Shown here: positions 7,874 through 16,744 of the stretch, piece by piece
How positions within the stretch are numbered: the first letter of the stretch is position 1
Layout: every line of letters begins with the position of its first letter
DNA from: Candidatus Limnocylindrales bacterium
GTDB lineage: Bacteria > Chloroflexota > Limnocylindria > Limnocylindrales > CSP1-4
Reading direction: 5' to 3'
Assembly: GCA_036002405.1 (NCBI GenBank)
Contig: DASYTK010000006.1
Coordinates: 2,013 to 66,012, forward strand
DNA length: 64,000 nt
The notes under the pieces: generated by a model
The model's database searches: none
Told to the model about the DNA's origin: nothing
Seen by the model: only the letters and a program-made list of their open reading frames with translations
Translations under genes and position numbers: made by a program

Positions 7874-9496
7874 TTACGGGTCGTAGAAGTCGGTGACGAC
7901 GCGGACGTTGCCGTTCGAGACCCAGACGCCGATCCCGACGGTCGTGTACGTCGCGTTACGGAGGTTCACCCAGTGGCCTCCGCCGTAGGGCTCCTCGCTC
8001 TGGAAGTAGAGGTGCGAGCCGAGCACCGCGGTGTACGGATTGCCGGAGCGGCAGCCGAGGTTCTCCGCCCAGCGGTAGCTCGAGTAGCCCGCCCGGGCGA
8101 GGCGCGTCCCGGGGTTCCCGTCGAGGAAGTGGCTGCACGCCCCGGACGTGGCGACGAGCTTCGCATAGGGCCGCGAGACGCTCGTCGAAATGCCGGAATG
8201 GAGGGTGAGCGGCGCCAGGGCGGGATGGTAATGACCCGAGCCGTACCCGTCGCAGTTGCCGTCCGAGCGGATGAGGCCGCCGGTACGGATGCAGTTGATC
8301 AGGCGCAGGACGTACGACTCGACGCTGGCCCATGGCGCGGCCACCGGTCCACCGCCCCCGGTGTCGCCGCCCGTCCCCCCACCCGATCCGCCGTCGTCCC
8401 CGCTCTGCGCAGCCGGCGCCACGGCAACGGGCGCGGGCTCCGTCCGGAAGCGGAACGAGTAGGCCGTCCTGGCCGCGTCGGGCGCGATCGGGACGTCCAG
8501 TCGGGAACGGGAGCGCCCGGTGAGGATAACGGTGTACGTCCGATCGTGACGGAGGCCCGACACGGGTTGGAACGTGAGCACCGTGTCGTTCTCGCTCCAG
8601 CTCACCCGCCCGACGACGGCGCCGACCCCGATGACCTGGAGGGCTCGGGCGGTCGTCTCGCGGTCCATCGGCCGGTCGAAACGGATGACGATCGCGGTAT
8701 CGGTGCCGATCCCGCTCGCCCCCGACCGCGGATCCTGGCCGACGACTCTCGGCCGGGCCACAGTCCGGGCCTCGAGAGCCACGCCGCGCCGAAGGCTGAC
8801 CCCTTCGCGGTCGTGGACCGCCGCACGCAACCGGAAGGTGTACTGGACTCCCGGTCGAAGGGCGGCTTTCGGCTGCCACACGAAGCGCTGCGCGAAGCCG
8901 TTGCGCGCGCCCCGGGCGAGGATCCGGCCGACCGTCTCGGGTGTGACCGCAAGGGCCTCCCGAACGTCGGCGATCGCCACCGGGCGCGAGAAGGTCAGCT
9001 CGATGCCGCCGGTCGTCAGGAGGCGGGCGCCGGCAGTCCCGTGGAGCGCGATCTCCGCGCCCGGCCTGCTGCGGGTCACGAAGATCGCTGTGATCGAGCT
9101 TCCGAGCGCCTGACCGGCCCGATCGCGCGCCGCTCGCCCGATCGTCAGCGCGTAGAAGGCGCCCGGTCGCCAGCCCTCGAGCGGGACGGCGGCCAGGCTT
9201 CGGCCGCCTGCGGACCACACGAGTCGCACGGGCGCGGCGGGCTCGAGGCGGAGGTTTCGCTCGACGGTGACAGGGTCCATCGGGGTGCGGAAGTCGATCC
9301 GCACCGGACGATCGAGCGGCCAGCCCGTCTCCACCGAGGCCTGTTGACGGACTGCCCCGGCTGGGGTCACGACCGGCGCCGGAGGCTCGACCGCGATCGG
9401 GCGGGCGAGCGCGCCGAACGAGGGCGCAGTGAGGAGCGTGCCGATCGCGACGATCGCGAGAGCGCGTCCCGCCGGCGATCGCTGGAGCGCCGCCAC
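7874..9496 (-). CDS. Secreted protein: signal/anchor peptide, repeated Ig-like (SbsA_Ig/Big_5-like) modules, C-terminal CAP/SCP domain
   Basis: ORF 7874..10261 overlaps dprA upstream, so I trimmed it to GTG 9496..9494. That gives (M)AALQRSPAGRALAIVAIGTLLTAPSFGALA, which is signal-peptide-like. Repeats of the type PVRIDFRTPMDPVTVERNLRLEP...WRPGAFYALTIG. C-terminus HYHPALAPLTLH...YRWAENLG...GGHWVNLRNATYTTVGIGVW fits the CAP (PF00188-type) domain. The start is uncertain. Confidence 0.7.
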   Translation of the reverse strand: MAALQRSPAGRALAIVAIGTLLTAPSFGALARPIAVEPPAPVVTPAGAVRQQASVETGWPLDRPVRIDFRTPMDPVTVERNLRLEPAAPVRLVWSAGGRSLAAVPLEGWRPGAFYALTIGRAARDRAGQALGSSITAIFVTRSRPGAEIALHGTAGARLLTTGGIELTFSRPVAIADVREALAVTPETVGRILARGARNGFAQRFVWQPKAALRPGVQYTFRLRAAVHDREGVSLRRGVALEARTVARPRVVGQDPRSGASGIGTDTAIVIRFDRPMDRETTARALQVIGVGAVVGRVSWSENDTVLTFQPVSGLRHDRTYTVILTGRSRSRLDVPIAPDAARTAYSFRFRTEPAPVAVAPAAQSGDDGGSGGGTGGDTGGGGPVAAPWASVESYVLRLINCIRTGGLIRSDGNCDGYGSGHYHPALAPLTLHSGISTSVSRPYAKLVATSGACSHFLDGNPGTRLARAGYSSYRWAENLGCRSGNPYTAVLGSHLYFQSEEPYGGGHWVNLRNATYTTVGIGVWVSNGNVRVVTDFYDP

Positions 9497-9662
9497 GATC
9501 CAGCCGGTCGTCCGAGGCTCCCCGATTCGGGCGCGCTGGCGGATGAAGGTGCCCTTCCGGGGACCGAGGTCGTCACGATCGCGGCGCGCACCGAGCGGGA
9601 CCTGTGCGAACGGTGGGCTCGGGCGCAGCGCCGCCGCGGCGATGGCTCGCGGGCGGACGAGC

Positions 9663-11048
9663 TCAGCGAGCTGGGCGCGTTGGCCGGTGCCGAACAGCGG
9701 GCTGCGTACCGCCTCGCGCAATCGGTTCCCTCGTGCGGGACGGAGGGTGACAGGGGCGCGCACCCTCCTCCGGGGCCGTCCCTCGACGACCGGGGCAGGG
9801 TACCAAAGGCGCTCGGGCCGAGGCAACCACCGCGCGATCGCGGGGCGTTCGAGAGACGCCCAGGAGCGGCCCCGCTGCGAGATACGCCGGACCCATCGTC
9901 CGGATCCAGCCCCGGAGCTGGAGCAGGGTAAGCGCTCCCGAAACGACACCGGGCGGCAGGCCGGTCCCGACGACGAGCCCGTCCCCGGTGACGGGCCCGG
10001 CACAGATCCGCTCGGCGACGATCCGTTCCGGGCCCGCCAGCGCGGCCAGGGCCACCTCCGGCTCGAGTGCCTGGCCGCCCGCGGGCGTGTCGCCGTGGGT
10101 GCGCTCGACGCCGCCGCCGACGGACGCCGCGCCCGTCTCAGCGAGGTATCCCAGGTCGGCCAGCAGCTCGACCTCACCGACGAACGGTTGGGCCGGCGTC
10201 TCGCGTAACAGGGCAAGGCATCCGCCGGTCGCGGGGTCACCGGGCCGACCCGGTGCGGCAAAGACGGCCCGCCCGAGCTCCAGCCCGTGGCGCGCGGTGA
10301 TCAGGGCGCCGCTCCTGAACGGGGCCTCGACGACGATCACGGCATCGGCCAGCGCCGCGATGACGCGGTTGCGGCGCGGGAACGTGCCGCGCGTGGCGAC
10401 GATTTCGGGCCGCAGCTCCGAGACGACCGCCCCGCCGCCGGCGATCATCGCTTCCAGCAGGGTGCCGTGCGCCCGCGGTCCGGGGTGGGCGTGGCCGCTT
10501 CCGAGGACAGCCACGGTCGGGGATCGACAGTCGACCGCGGCCGCGTGGGCAGAGCCGTCGATTCCGATCGCCATCCCCGAGATGACGACGGCGCCGTGCG
10601 CGCTGAGCGCGGTCACGATCCTGCCCGCGAGAAGCCGCCCGGTCGCGGTTGGGCGTCGGGTCCCGACGACGGCTACCGCCCTGCGCGCCGCAAGTGCGTG
10701 CCGGTCACCCCGGCCGAAGAGGACCGGCGGGGGCGGGTCGAGATCGCGCAGCCGCCGCGGGTACTCCGGGTCCAGTGGCACGAGCGTCCAGAGCCCGTAC
10801 CGTCCGATCTCGTCGATCACCGCGCCCGGGCTGCGGGCCGTCGTCTCGATCGCCTCGACGACGGCGCTCGTCAGCCTGGGCGGCGTCGTGGCTCGAGCGA
10901 GCCTCGCCAGCCGGCCGTGGCGAGCGAGGGTGAGCACGGCCGAGGCACCGCCGGCCGCGCCGACGAGCTCGGCGAACGTCTGGGGGCCGACTCCGGTCAC
11001 GGAGGCGAGCACGATCCAGGCCGTTCGCTCGTCGAGCGAGCGCCGCAT
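9663..11048 (-). CDS. dprA: DNA processing protein DprA (Smf)
   Basis: ORF 9663..11495 trimmed to ATG 11048..11046, two nt after the comM stop. Motifs: VTGVGPQTFAELV, AVAVVGTRRPT, VISGMAIGIDGSAHAAA, GTFPRRNRVIAALADAVIVVEAPFRSGALITA. C-terminal winged-helix region LTLLQLRGWI. Confidence 0.9.
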   Translation of the reverse strand: MRRSLDERTAWIVLASVTGVGPQTFAELVGAAGGASAVLTLARHGRLARLARATTPPRLTSAVVEAIETTARSPGAVIDEIGRYGLWTLVPLDPEYPRRLRDLDPPPPVLFGRGDRHALAARRAVAVVGTRRPTATGRLLAGRIVTALSAHGAVVISGMAIGIDGSAHAAAVDCRSPTVAVLGSGHAHPGPRAHGTLLEAMIAGGGAVVSELRPEIVATRGTFPRRNRVIAALADAVIVVEAPFRSGALITARHGLELGRAVFAAPGRPGDPATGGCLALLRETPAQPFVGEVELLADLGYLAETGAASVGGGVERTHGDTPAGGQALEPEVALAALAGPERIVAERICAGPVTGDGLVVGTGLPPGVVSGALTLLQLRGWIRTMGPAYLAAGPLLGVSRTPRDRAVVASARAPLVPCPGRRGTAPEEGARPCHPPSRTREPIARGGTQPAVRHRPTRPAR

Positions 11049-11050
11049 CG

Positions 11051-12658
11051 TCAGGCGGCGAGGCCGGTCAGCGTGGCCCGCGGATCGCGCATCCCGGCCG
11101 CGGCGAGGACGGCCGCATCGTCGACGACCTCCTCGCCGGCCAGATCCGCGATCGTCCGCGCGACCCGGACGATCCGGTGCACGCCCCGCGCGGTGAGGGA
11201 GCGATCGGTCGCGAGCTCCGCCAGCCGGCCGCGAGCGCGGGGCTCGAGCCGGGCCGCTCGCAGCGCGGCCGACGGGGAGAGCTCGGCATTCGGCCGGCCA
11301 CCGTTGCGCTCGAGCGCGATCGCCCGAGCCGCGGCGATCCTGTCGGCAACGATGGCGCTCGACTCCGGCTCCGGGCCGTGGAGGAGGTCCCGCGGCGACA
11401 CCCGACCCATCTCGAGCCGGAGATCGATCCGGTCGAGCAGCGGGCCGCTGACTCGGCGCACGTAGCGTTCCGGCTCGCCCGGAGCGCAGCGGCACTGTCG
11501 CTCGACATCGCCGAACCAGCCGCAGCGGCAGGGGTTCATCGCCGCGACGAGCTGGAGCCGGGCCGGATAGCGGACGTTCCCGTGAGCCCGCGAGATCGAG
11601 ATCGTGCCGTCCTCGAGCGGTTGCCGGAGCGCCTCGAGGACGTGCCGGTCGAACTCGGCCAGCTCGTCAAGGAAGAGGACGCCCCGGTGGGCGAGGGTCA
11701 CTTCGCCCGGCGCGAGCCGCGGGCCGCCTCCGACGAGCGCCGCGTACGAGCTCGTGTGATGGGGGGTACGGAACGGCCGCTCGCGGCCGAGCCCGGCGCC
11801 TCGGACGAAAAATCCGGCCACGCTTCGGATCACCGCCACCTCGAGCGCCTCGGCGTCGTCGAGCTGGGGCAGGAGGCCCGGGATCGCCCGTGCGAGCAGC
11901 GTCTTCCCGGCTCCGGGTGGCCCGAGCAGGAGGAGGTTATGAGCGCCGGCGAGCGCGATCTCGAGCGCCCAGCGGGCCTGCGGCTGGCCACGGACGTCGC
12001 GCAGGTCGACAAGCTCGGGGGGAGCCGCGAGCGACTCCGCCGCGGGCGCGACACGCCGCGTCGCCCCGGCCGTGCCACTCCCCTCGCCTCCCGGCGAGCC
12101 TGACACGGACAGCGGTGGTGGCCGATGGGAGGCCCTGGCCCGGCGGCCGCGGGGTCCCGCCACGAGCCGAGCGGCATCGTCGAGCCCGGCCACGCCGAGC
12201 GCGGTCACGCCGCCGACCGCGAGCGCCTCGTCGAGGTTCGCCGCCGGTACGCAGACTCGCCCGTGGCCGGATCGGGCGAGCGTCGCGACCATCGGCAGGA
12301 CGCCCGGCACGGGCTCGACCGCGCCGCTCAGCGAGAGCTCCCCGAGGAGCGCCCAGCGGCCTCCCGAGGGGCGGATCTGGCCGGAGGCGACGAGGATCCC
12401 CACCGCGATCGCGAGGTCGTACGCCGCCCCGCGCTTCCGGCGATCGGCCGGGGCCAGATTGATCGTGATCCGGCTGGCCGGATAGTCGAAGCCACAGTTC
12501 CGGATCGCGCCACGGACGCGCTCTCGGGCCTCGGAGAGCGCCGCGTCGGGGAGGCCGACGATCTGGCAGACGGGCAGCCCGGCCGAGACGTCGACCTCGA
12601 CCCGGATCAGCTCCCCGCGGAGGCCGTCGACGACCGCGGTCACGAGCGTGGCGAGCAC
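11051..12658 (-). CDS. comM: YifB/ComM family Mg-chelatase-like AAA+ ATPase
   Basis: 535 aa, GTG start. Motifs: GLPVCQIVGLPDAALSEARERVRGAIRNCGFDYP, Walker A GPPGAGKT, VLFLDELAEF, CRCGWFGD...CRC zinc motif. Confidence 0.9.
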   Translation of the reverse strand: MLATLVTAVVDGLRGELIRVEVDVSAGLPVCQIVGLPDAALSEARERVRGAIRNCGFDYPASRITINLAPADRRKRGAAYDLAIAVGILVASGQIRPSGGRWALLGELSLSGAVEPVPGVLPMVATLARSGHGRVCVPAANLDEALAVGGVTALGVAGLDDAARLVAGPRGRRARASHRPPPLSVSGSPGGEGSGTAGATRRVAPAAESLAAPPELVDLRDVRGQPQARWALEIALAGAHNLLLLGPPGAGKTLLARAIPGLLPQLDDAEALEVAVIRSVAGFFVRGAGLGRERPFRTPHHTSSYAALVGGGPRLAPGEVTLAHRGVLFLDELAEFDRHVLEALRQPLEDGTISISRAHGNVRYPARLQLVAAMNPCRCGWFGDVERQCRCAPGEPERYVRRVSGPLLDRIDLRLEMGRVSPRDLLHGPEPESSAIVADRIAAARAIALERNGGRPNAELSPSAALRAARLEPRARGRLAELATDRSLTARGVHRIVRVARTIADLAGEEVVDDAAVLAAAGMRDPRATLTGLAA

Positions 12659-12718
12659 ACCTGGGACGGTAGGGAGCCCGAGCTACTCCCGGCTCATGCG
12701 CGGCTTATCGCGCGCTGA

Positions 12719-14152
12719 CTATTCGACGAGGCCGTAGTCCGGCGGCTGGACGAAGGCGTTGTCGCTGTACTGGAAGCGCCAGTCCGCCGTGCCCTGGAAC
12801 AGGAGGTCCCAGACGATGAACTGGAGCGCGTAGTCGATCTCCCAGCCACCGCCACCGCCAGACGTGCCGCCGAGGCGGACGGGGCCCGACGGCCCATACA
12901 CGGTTCCGGTGAGGTTGACGGTGCCGCCGCCGTTCAGCCGGATCTGCGGCTGGACCGTCGTCGCGGTCGGGAGCGGGAGGCGATCCTGCCAGAGAAGCAG
13001 GCCCTCGTAGTCGAGCCGCCTCGCGGCGCCCGTGTCCGCGTCGTACTTGTAGCCGCGGGCCAGGAACGTCGCGCCGGCGGTGACCTCGAAGTTGCTCATC
13101 GCGGCGCCGCCAGCGTTGTAGATCAGCACGCCGCAGGAGTCGACTGGGCAGTCGGTCGCCCATGTCGCGCCGGTGTAGCCCGCTCCCGGCGACGCCGCCC
13201 AGGAGATCGTGTAGATGTGGCCCGTGGCCACCGACGTAAAGCCGCCGCCGTTCATGACGTAGATGCCCGGGCGCATGAGCAGGGTCGAGTTGTTCCGGAC
13301 CTCGATGCCCCCGGTGTAGACCCCAGGCTGCAGGATCGTCTGCTGGTTCGGTCCCACCTGGAGATGGGCCCCCGACCGCACCGTCAGGCTCCCGACGTTG
13401 ACCGGCGGCAGCCCGGCGAGGGGGTCGGGCAGGTACGGGCGTCCCGTTCGGATGCTGGGCAGCACGAGCAGTCCATTGATGACCGGCTGGCCCACGACGT
13501 CCATGTAGCGGCCCGCGGCCATCGTCACCGTCGAGGCCGAGCCGCTCTGGGTGAGCGCGCCTCCTCCGCTGGCTGGACAGGCCGAGTCGATCTGGACGTT
13601 CCCCTCAAAGGTCACGTTCGGGGAGCCGGCGAAGAGCATCGAGGGGCAGCCGCGCAGGCTGTTGCTCCAGCCGGCGTTGTAGGGGTTGAGCGTGATCACG
13701 GAGTAGCCGTTGCCCCGCCCGTGGCTGTTCACGGCGGTGCTCTGGGTGTTCGCCACGAGCGGCCCTGCCCCGAGGATGCTTCGGAAGAAGGTCGACGAGG
13801 TCTGTGTGAGCTGGACTCGAGCGGCTCCGTTCGACCAGCCGTTCGGGCAGGTCACGACGACGTTCGCCTGGGGATACGTCGGCAGGTTCGCCGCGACGCT
13901 GTTCCGCGCCGCGTCCCGGACCACGTTGCGCGGCGCGCCTGGCGGGGGCCCGGCCGTCGCGCTGCACCCACGAGGCGTCCCCGTCTGGATGACGTTCGCC
14001 GCGGCGAGCGCGGCCGCGTCACCGGCGTCCTGGAGCTGGCGCCGGACGACGAGCGCCTGGGCGGCATCGAAGAGGAGCGCCGCCATCGCGAAGAGGGCCA
14101 CCAGCGTGATCGCGAAGAGGGGCAGGACCTGGCCCCGCTGGTCAAGTCGCAT
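12719..14152 (-). CDS. TadG-like (Tad_N domain) putative Flp-pilus assembly / pseudopilin protein
   Basis: 477 aa. N-terminus RGQVLPLFAITLVALFAMAALLFDAAQALVVRRQLQDAGDAAALAAA matches the TadG N-terminal motif. The rest is Gly/Thr-rich and looks beta-rich. Start overlaps the upstream stop by 1 nt (TGATG). Confidence 0.65.
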   Translation of the reverse strand: MRLDQRGQVLPLFAITLVALFAMAALLFDAAQALVVRRQLQDAGDAAALAAANVIQTGTPRGCSATAGPPPGAPRNVVRDAARNSVAANLPTYPQANVVVTCPNGWSNGAARVQLTQTSSTFFRSILGAGPLVANTQSTAVNSHGRGNGYSVITLNPYNAGWSNSLRGCPSMLFAGSPNVTFEGNVQIDSACPASGGGALTQSGSASTVTMAAGRYMDVVGQPVINGLLVLPSIRTGRPYLPDPLAGLPPVNVGSLTVRSGAHLQVGPNQQTILQPGVYTGGIEVRNNSTLLMRPGIYVMNGGGFTSVATGHIYTISWAASPGAGYTGATWATDCPVDSCGVLIYNAGGAAMSNFEVTAGATFLARGYKYDADTGAARRLDYEGLLLWQDRLPLPTATTVQPQIRLNGGGTVNLTGTVYGPSGPVRLGGTSGGGGGWEIDYALQFIVWDLLFQGTADWRFQYSDNAFVQPPDYGLVE

Positions 14153-14661
14153 CAGTGGCTCACGTACATCGTGGCAGTCCCCGCCGCCGAGTAGTTCGGC
14201 AGGCGGAGGAAACTACCGGTCACCAGGGTGATCTCGCTCGTGACCCGGACGGTGACGGGCGTCCCGCGTAGGTTCGTTGCGCCCGCGATGTCGACATCGC
14301 CGGCGCAGTTCAGCCCGTAACAGACGGTGACCGTCACGTTCCGGCCACCCGCCACGGCCTGCTGGAGGGCGACGTTTCGGATCGCCTGTTTCGAGGGCGA
14401 CGGATAGGGGCAGCTCGCGCTCGCCGCCGGGATGACCGTGTATGGACCCGGCGGGCCGACGGGACAGGCTGTCGATGCGGCCCCTCCGTGAGCGATCGCA
14501 AAGCGCGCCCCCTCGCGCGCCGCATTCGCAAGGCTGTTGTTCGCCCAGACGACCCGGCCCAGGTCGAGGACACCCATCACGAGCACGATGAAGATCGGGA
14601 TGACGAGCGCGAACTCGGCGAGCGACTGGCCGCGCTGCCCGCCGAGGTGAACACGTCTCAT
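14152..14661 (-). CDS. TadE-like minor pilin/pseudopilin
   Basis: ORF 14152..14859 trimmed to ATG 14661..14659 (ATGA overlap with the upstream stop). N-terminus RGQSLAEFALVIPIFIVLVMGVLDLGRVVW is the TadE signature. Confidence 0.7.
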   Translation of the reverse strand: MRRVHLGGQRGQSLAEFALVIPIFIVLVMGVLDLGRVVWANNSLANAAREGARFAIAHGGAASTACPVGPPGPYTVIPAASASCPYPSPSKQAIRNVALQQAVAGGRNVTVTVCYGLNCAGDVDIAGATNLRGTPVTVRVTSEITLVTGSFLRLPNYSAAGTATMYVSH

Positions 14662-15176
14662 CGGCCCTGTACGACCGAATACGACTCGGTCGCCCGGAGC
14701 GTCCACGTCCCGTTCTGGGTCAAGAGCGGGTAGTTGAAGAACATCCGGAAGGGCAGGGTCGACTGGACCGTGGCCGACCCGATCGGGTTCTCGAGCGTCG
14801 CCCCAGGAGCCGTCGTGCTGCGGGTGAACGAGGGCACGGTCACGGCGGGCTGGGTGCACTGGTTCACGTCGTTCGGGGGCAGCAGCAGGCTCCGCTGGAA
14901 GCCGGGCACGCTCTGCGTCTGGGTGCAGACGAAACGCTTCGCGTCGACGAGCGCGGTCGCGAGCGTGAGGTCCTCCTCGGCCACGTACTCGGACGCCACC
15001 CGGGTCGCCGCCTGGAGCTGGATCCAGGCCTGGTAGAGGCGTGCGAAATCGAGCGTCGCTCCGAAGATCGCGAGGAGCACGGGCAGGATCAGGGCGAACT
15101 CCACCAGGGACTGCCCCCTGGAACCCCTCGTCGAACTCGGATGCGGGCGCCCGCGGGCGCCCGGGAAATGGATCAT
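14658..15176 (-). CDS. TadE-like minor pilin/pseudopilin
   Basis: 172 aa. N-terminus RGQSLVEFALILPVLLAIFGATLDFARLYQAW is the TadE signature. Paralogue of the next gene. Confidence 0.7.
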   Translation of the reverse strand: MIHFPGARGRPHPSSTRGSRGQSLVEFALILPVLLAIFGATLDFARLYQAWIQLQAATRVASEYVAEEDLTLATALVDAKRFVCTQTQSVPGFQRSLLLPPNDVNQCTQPAVTVPSFTRSTTAPGATLENPIGSATVQSTLPFRMFFNYPLLTQNGTWTLRATESYSVVQGR

Positions 15177-15392
15177 CGGCTTCAGCTCGAGCTGTCGGCG
15201 GGTACGGCCGACGCGTCCGGCGCCGGGCCGGGCGCGGACCGTAGCGAACGTAGCCGAGGCGGGTCCGCGGAGGGAGCGGACCGGAAGTACCGGGGAGACG
15301 GCAGGACTACCGCCGCTCGACGGCGCGCCCGGGCACCTCTCGGCGGCGATTCACGGACGGAGGGCTGGCCAGCGGCGGGCGGAGCCGGTCGC

Positions 15393-16580
15393 TCAGGTCC
15401 CTGCCGGCACGAGCTGGGGCATCGGCTCCGGCTCCTGGTCGGCCCGGTCGTCGACCGCCCGGGCGAATTCGAGCACGGACCGGCCCAGGATCGAATCGGA
15501 ACGCGTGAACATGAACGGCGCGCCGCTGTTCAGGGCGCTGATCGCACCCCGGTACTCGTTGAGGATCTGGTGTTCGATGCGCCGCTTCAAGGCTCCCTCG
15601 GCGTTCCGGACGTTGATCCCGGTGAAGGCGTTCGAGCGGTTGAGGACGAGCTGGACCTTCCTCGGCTCGACGTTCAGCTGGGACATCGTCTCCAGGAACA
15701 GACGGACGTTCTTCAGGCAGGAGAGGTCGGCGGTCATCACCACGAAGATCGCGTCCGCCGCGGCGAGGACGTCGAGGTTGTTCTCGTCCAGCCGCTTGTC
15801 GATGTCGACGACGACGTAGTCGTACGCCCCACGCAGGATGTCGACGATCTGGCCCATGTGGTGCTGATGCGGATCGACCAGCTCGGCGGTCTCCGGCGAC
15901 GGCGGCGCGAGGAGGAGATCGACCCCCGAATCGTGCCGGTGGACGATCTTGCGCAGCAGGTCGACGTCGATCGAGGAGGCCGTGACGACGTCGGCGATCG
16001 AGCGCTTGTCGGGCCCCAGGTCGAAGAAGACCCGGTGGTCGCCGAACTGGAGGTTGCCGTCGACGATGCAAACCTTCCGCCCCAGCTCCCGGTGGAGCGC
16101 GACTCCCGTGTTGATCGCAAGGGTCGTCGTGCCCACGCCTCCCTTGGCCCCGTAATAGGCGTGGACCCGGCCCAGCGGCGGTCGACCCACGAGGAGCTCC
16201 TTCGGGGCGAAGCGGGCGAGGAGGCTGCGGATCCGGGCCAGCAGCTCGGCGGCATGGAAGGGTTTGACCTGGAAATCGTCGGCGCCCGAACGGAGCGCCC
16301 GGAGCCGGGTATCGGCGTCTCCCTGGGCAGCGAGGACGATGATCGGGACATGCGCCCGACCGGCCTCCTGGGCGCGGATGAACTCCGTCGCCTGGTAGCC
16401 GTTGAGAACCGGCAGGTCGACGTCGACGAGGATGAGATCCGGGCGCTCGGATGCCCACCGCTGGATCGTGTCCTGCCCGTGCGACGCGACGACGATCTCG
16501 AACCCCTCGTCAGACAGGGTCGAGCTCATCAGGCGCTGGACGTTCGGGTCGTCCTCAGCGACGAGGATCTTGGCGGCCAT
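15393..16580 (-). CDS. Response-regulator receiver domain fused to a TadZ/CpaE-type (MinD/ParA-like) ATPase
   Basis: 395 aa. REC domain: KILVAEDDP, DLILVDVDLP, DDFQVKPF. Followed by the deviant Walker A YGAKGGVGTTTLAIN and a CpaE-like body (VVVDIDK, VMTADLSCLKN). Heads the TadE/TadE/TadG genes. Confidence 0.85.
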   Translation of the reverse strand: MAAKILVAEDDPNVQRLMSSTLSDEGFEIVVASHGQDTIQRWASERPDLILVDVDLPVLNGYQATEFIRAQEAGRAHVPIIVLAAQGDADTRLRALRSGADDFQVKPFHAAELLARIRSLLARFAPKELLVGRPPLGRVHAYYGAKGGVGTTTLAINTGVALHRELGRKVCIVDGNLQFGDHRVFFDLGPDKRSIADVVTASSIDVDLLRKIVHRHDSGVDLLLAPPSPETAELVDPHQHHMGQIVDILRGAYDYVVVDIDKRLDENNLDVLAAADAIFVVMTADLSCLKNVRLFLETMSQLNVEPRKVQLVLNRSNAFTGINVRNAEGALKRRIEHQILNEYRGAISALNSGAPFMFTRSDSILGRSVLEFARAVDDRADQEPEPMPQLVPAGT

Positions 16581-16744
16581 GGTCCTCCAAAGCCGGCACG
16601 GGGACGCCCCCTGACGTCCCGGTTCAGGGTTGGGCCGATCGTAGCCTCGCCGGCGTCCCGGAACGGGGGGACGTTGGTCCTATGTGCGCCTAGTCCCCAC
16701 CGTTCAGGCGCCGTCTTCGGGCTCGCGGGTCAGTTTGGTGCGGG

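Noticed and set aside
7637-9931. 764-aa plus-strand ORF. Similar long ORFs occur at 15141..16754, 39428..41221, 40882..42663, 58646..60679, 59626..60813, 61254..63050 and 62557..63993.
   Set aside because: All are antisense to or out of frame with genes that carry clear family motifs. They have low-complexity Arg/Gly/Pro-rich translations and lack any recognisable domain.
15177-15392. Expected Flp pilin gene in the 216-nt gap between the REC-TadZ and TadE genes.
   Set aside because: I translated the minus strand in all frames by eye. There is no ORF with a hydrophobic Flp-type segment or a G/XXXXEY motif, only a 15-codon Arg-rich ORF.
16581-16680. c-di-GMP (GEMM-I-like) riboswitch in the leader of the pilus-module operon, prompted by GGGACGC and CCGG strings.
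   Set aside because: Apart from the short GGGACGC string, the sequence does not follow the GEMM-I consensus as I remember it (no GCAAA/GNRA tetraloop-receptor arrangement, no ...GGGACGCAAAGCC...). I kept it only as an unclassified double hairpin.
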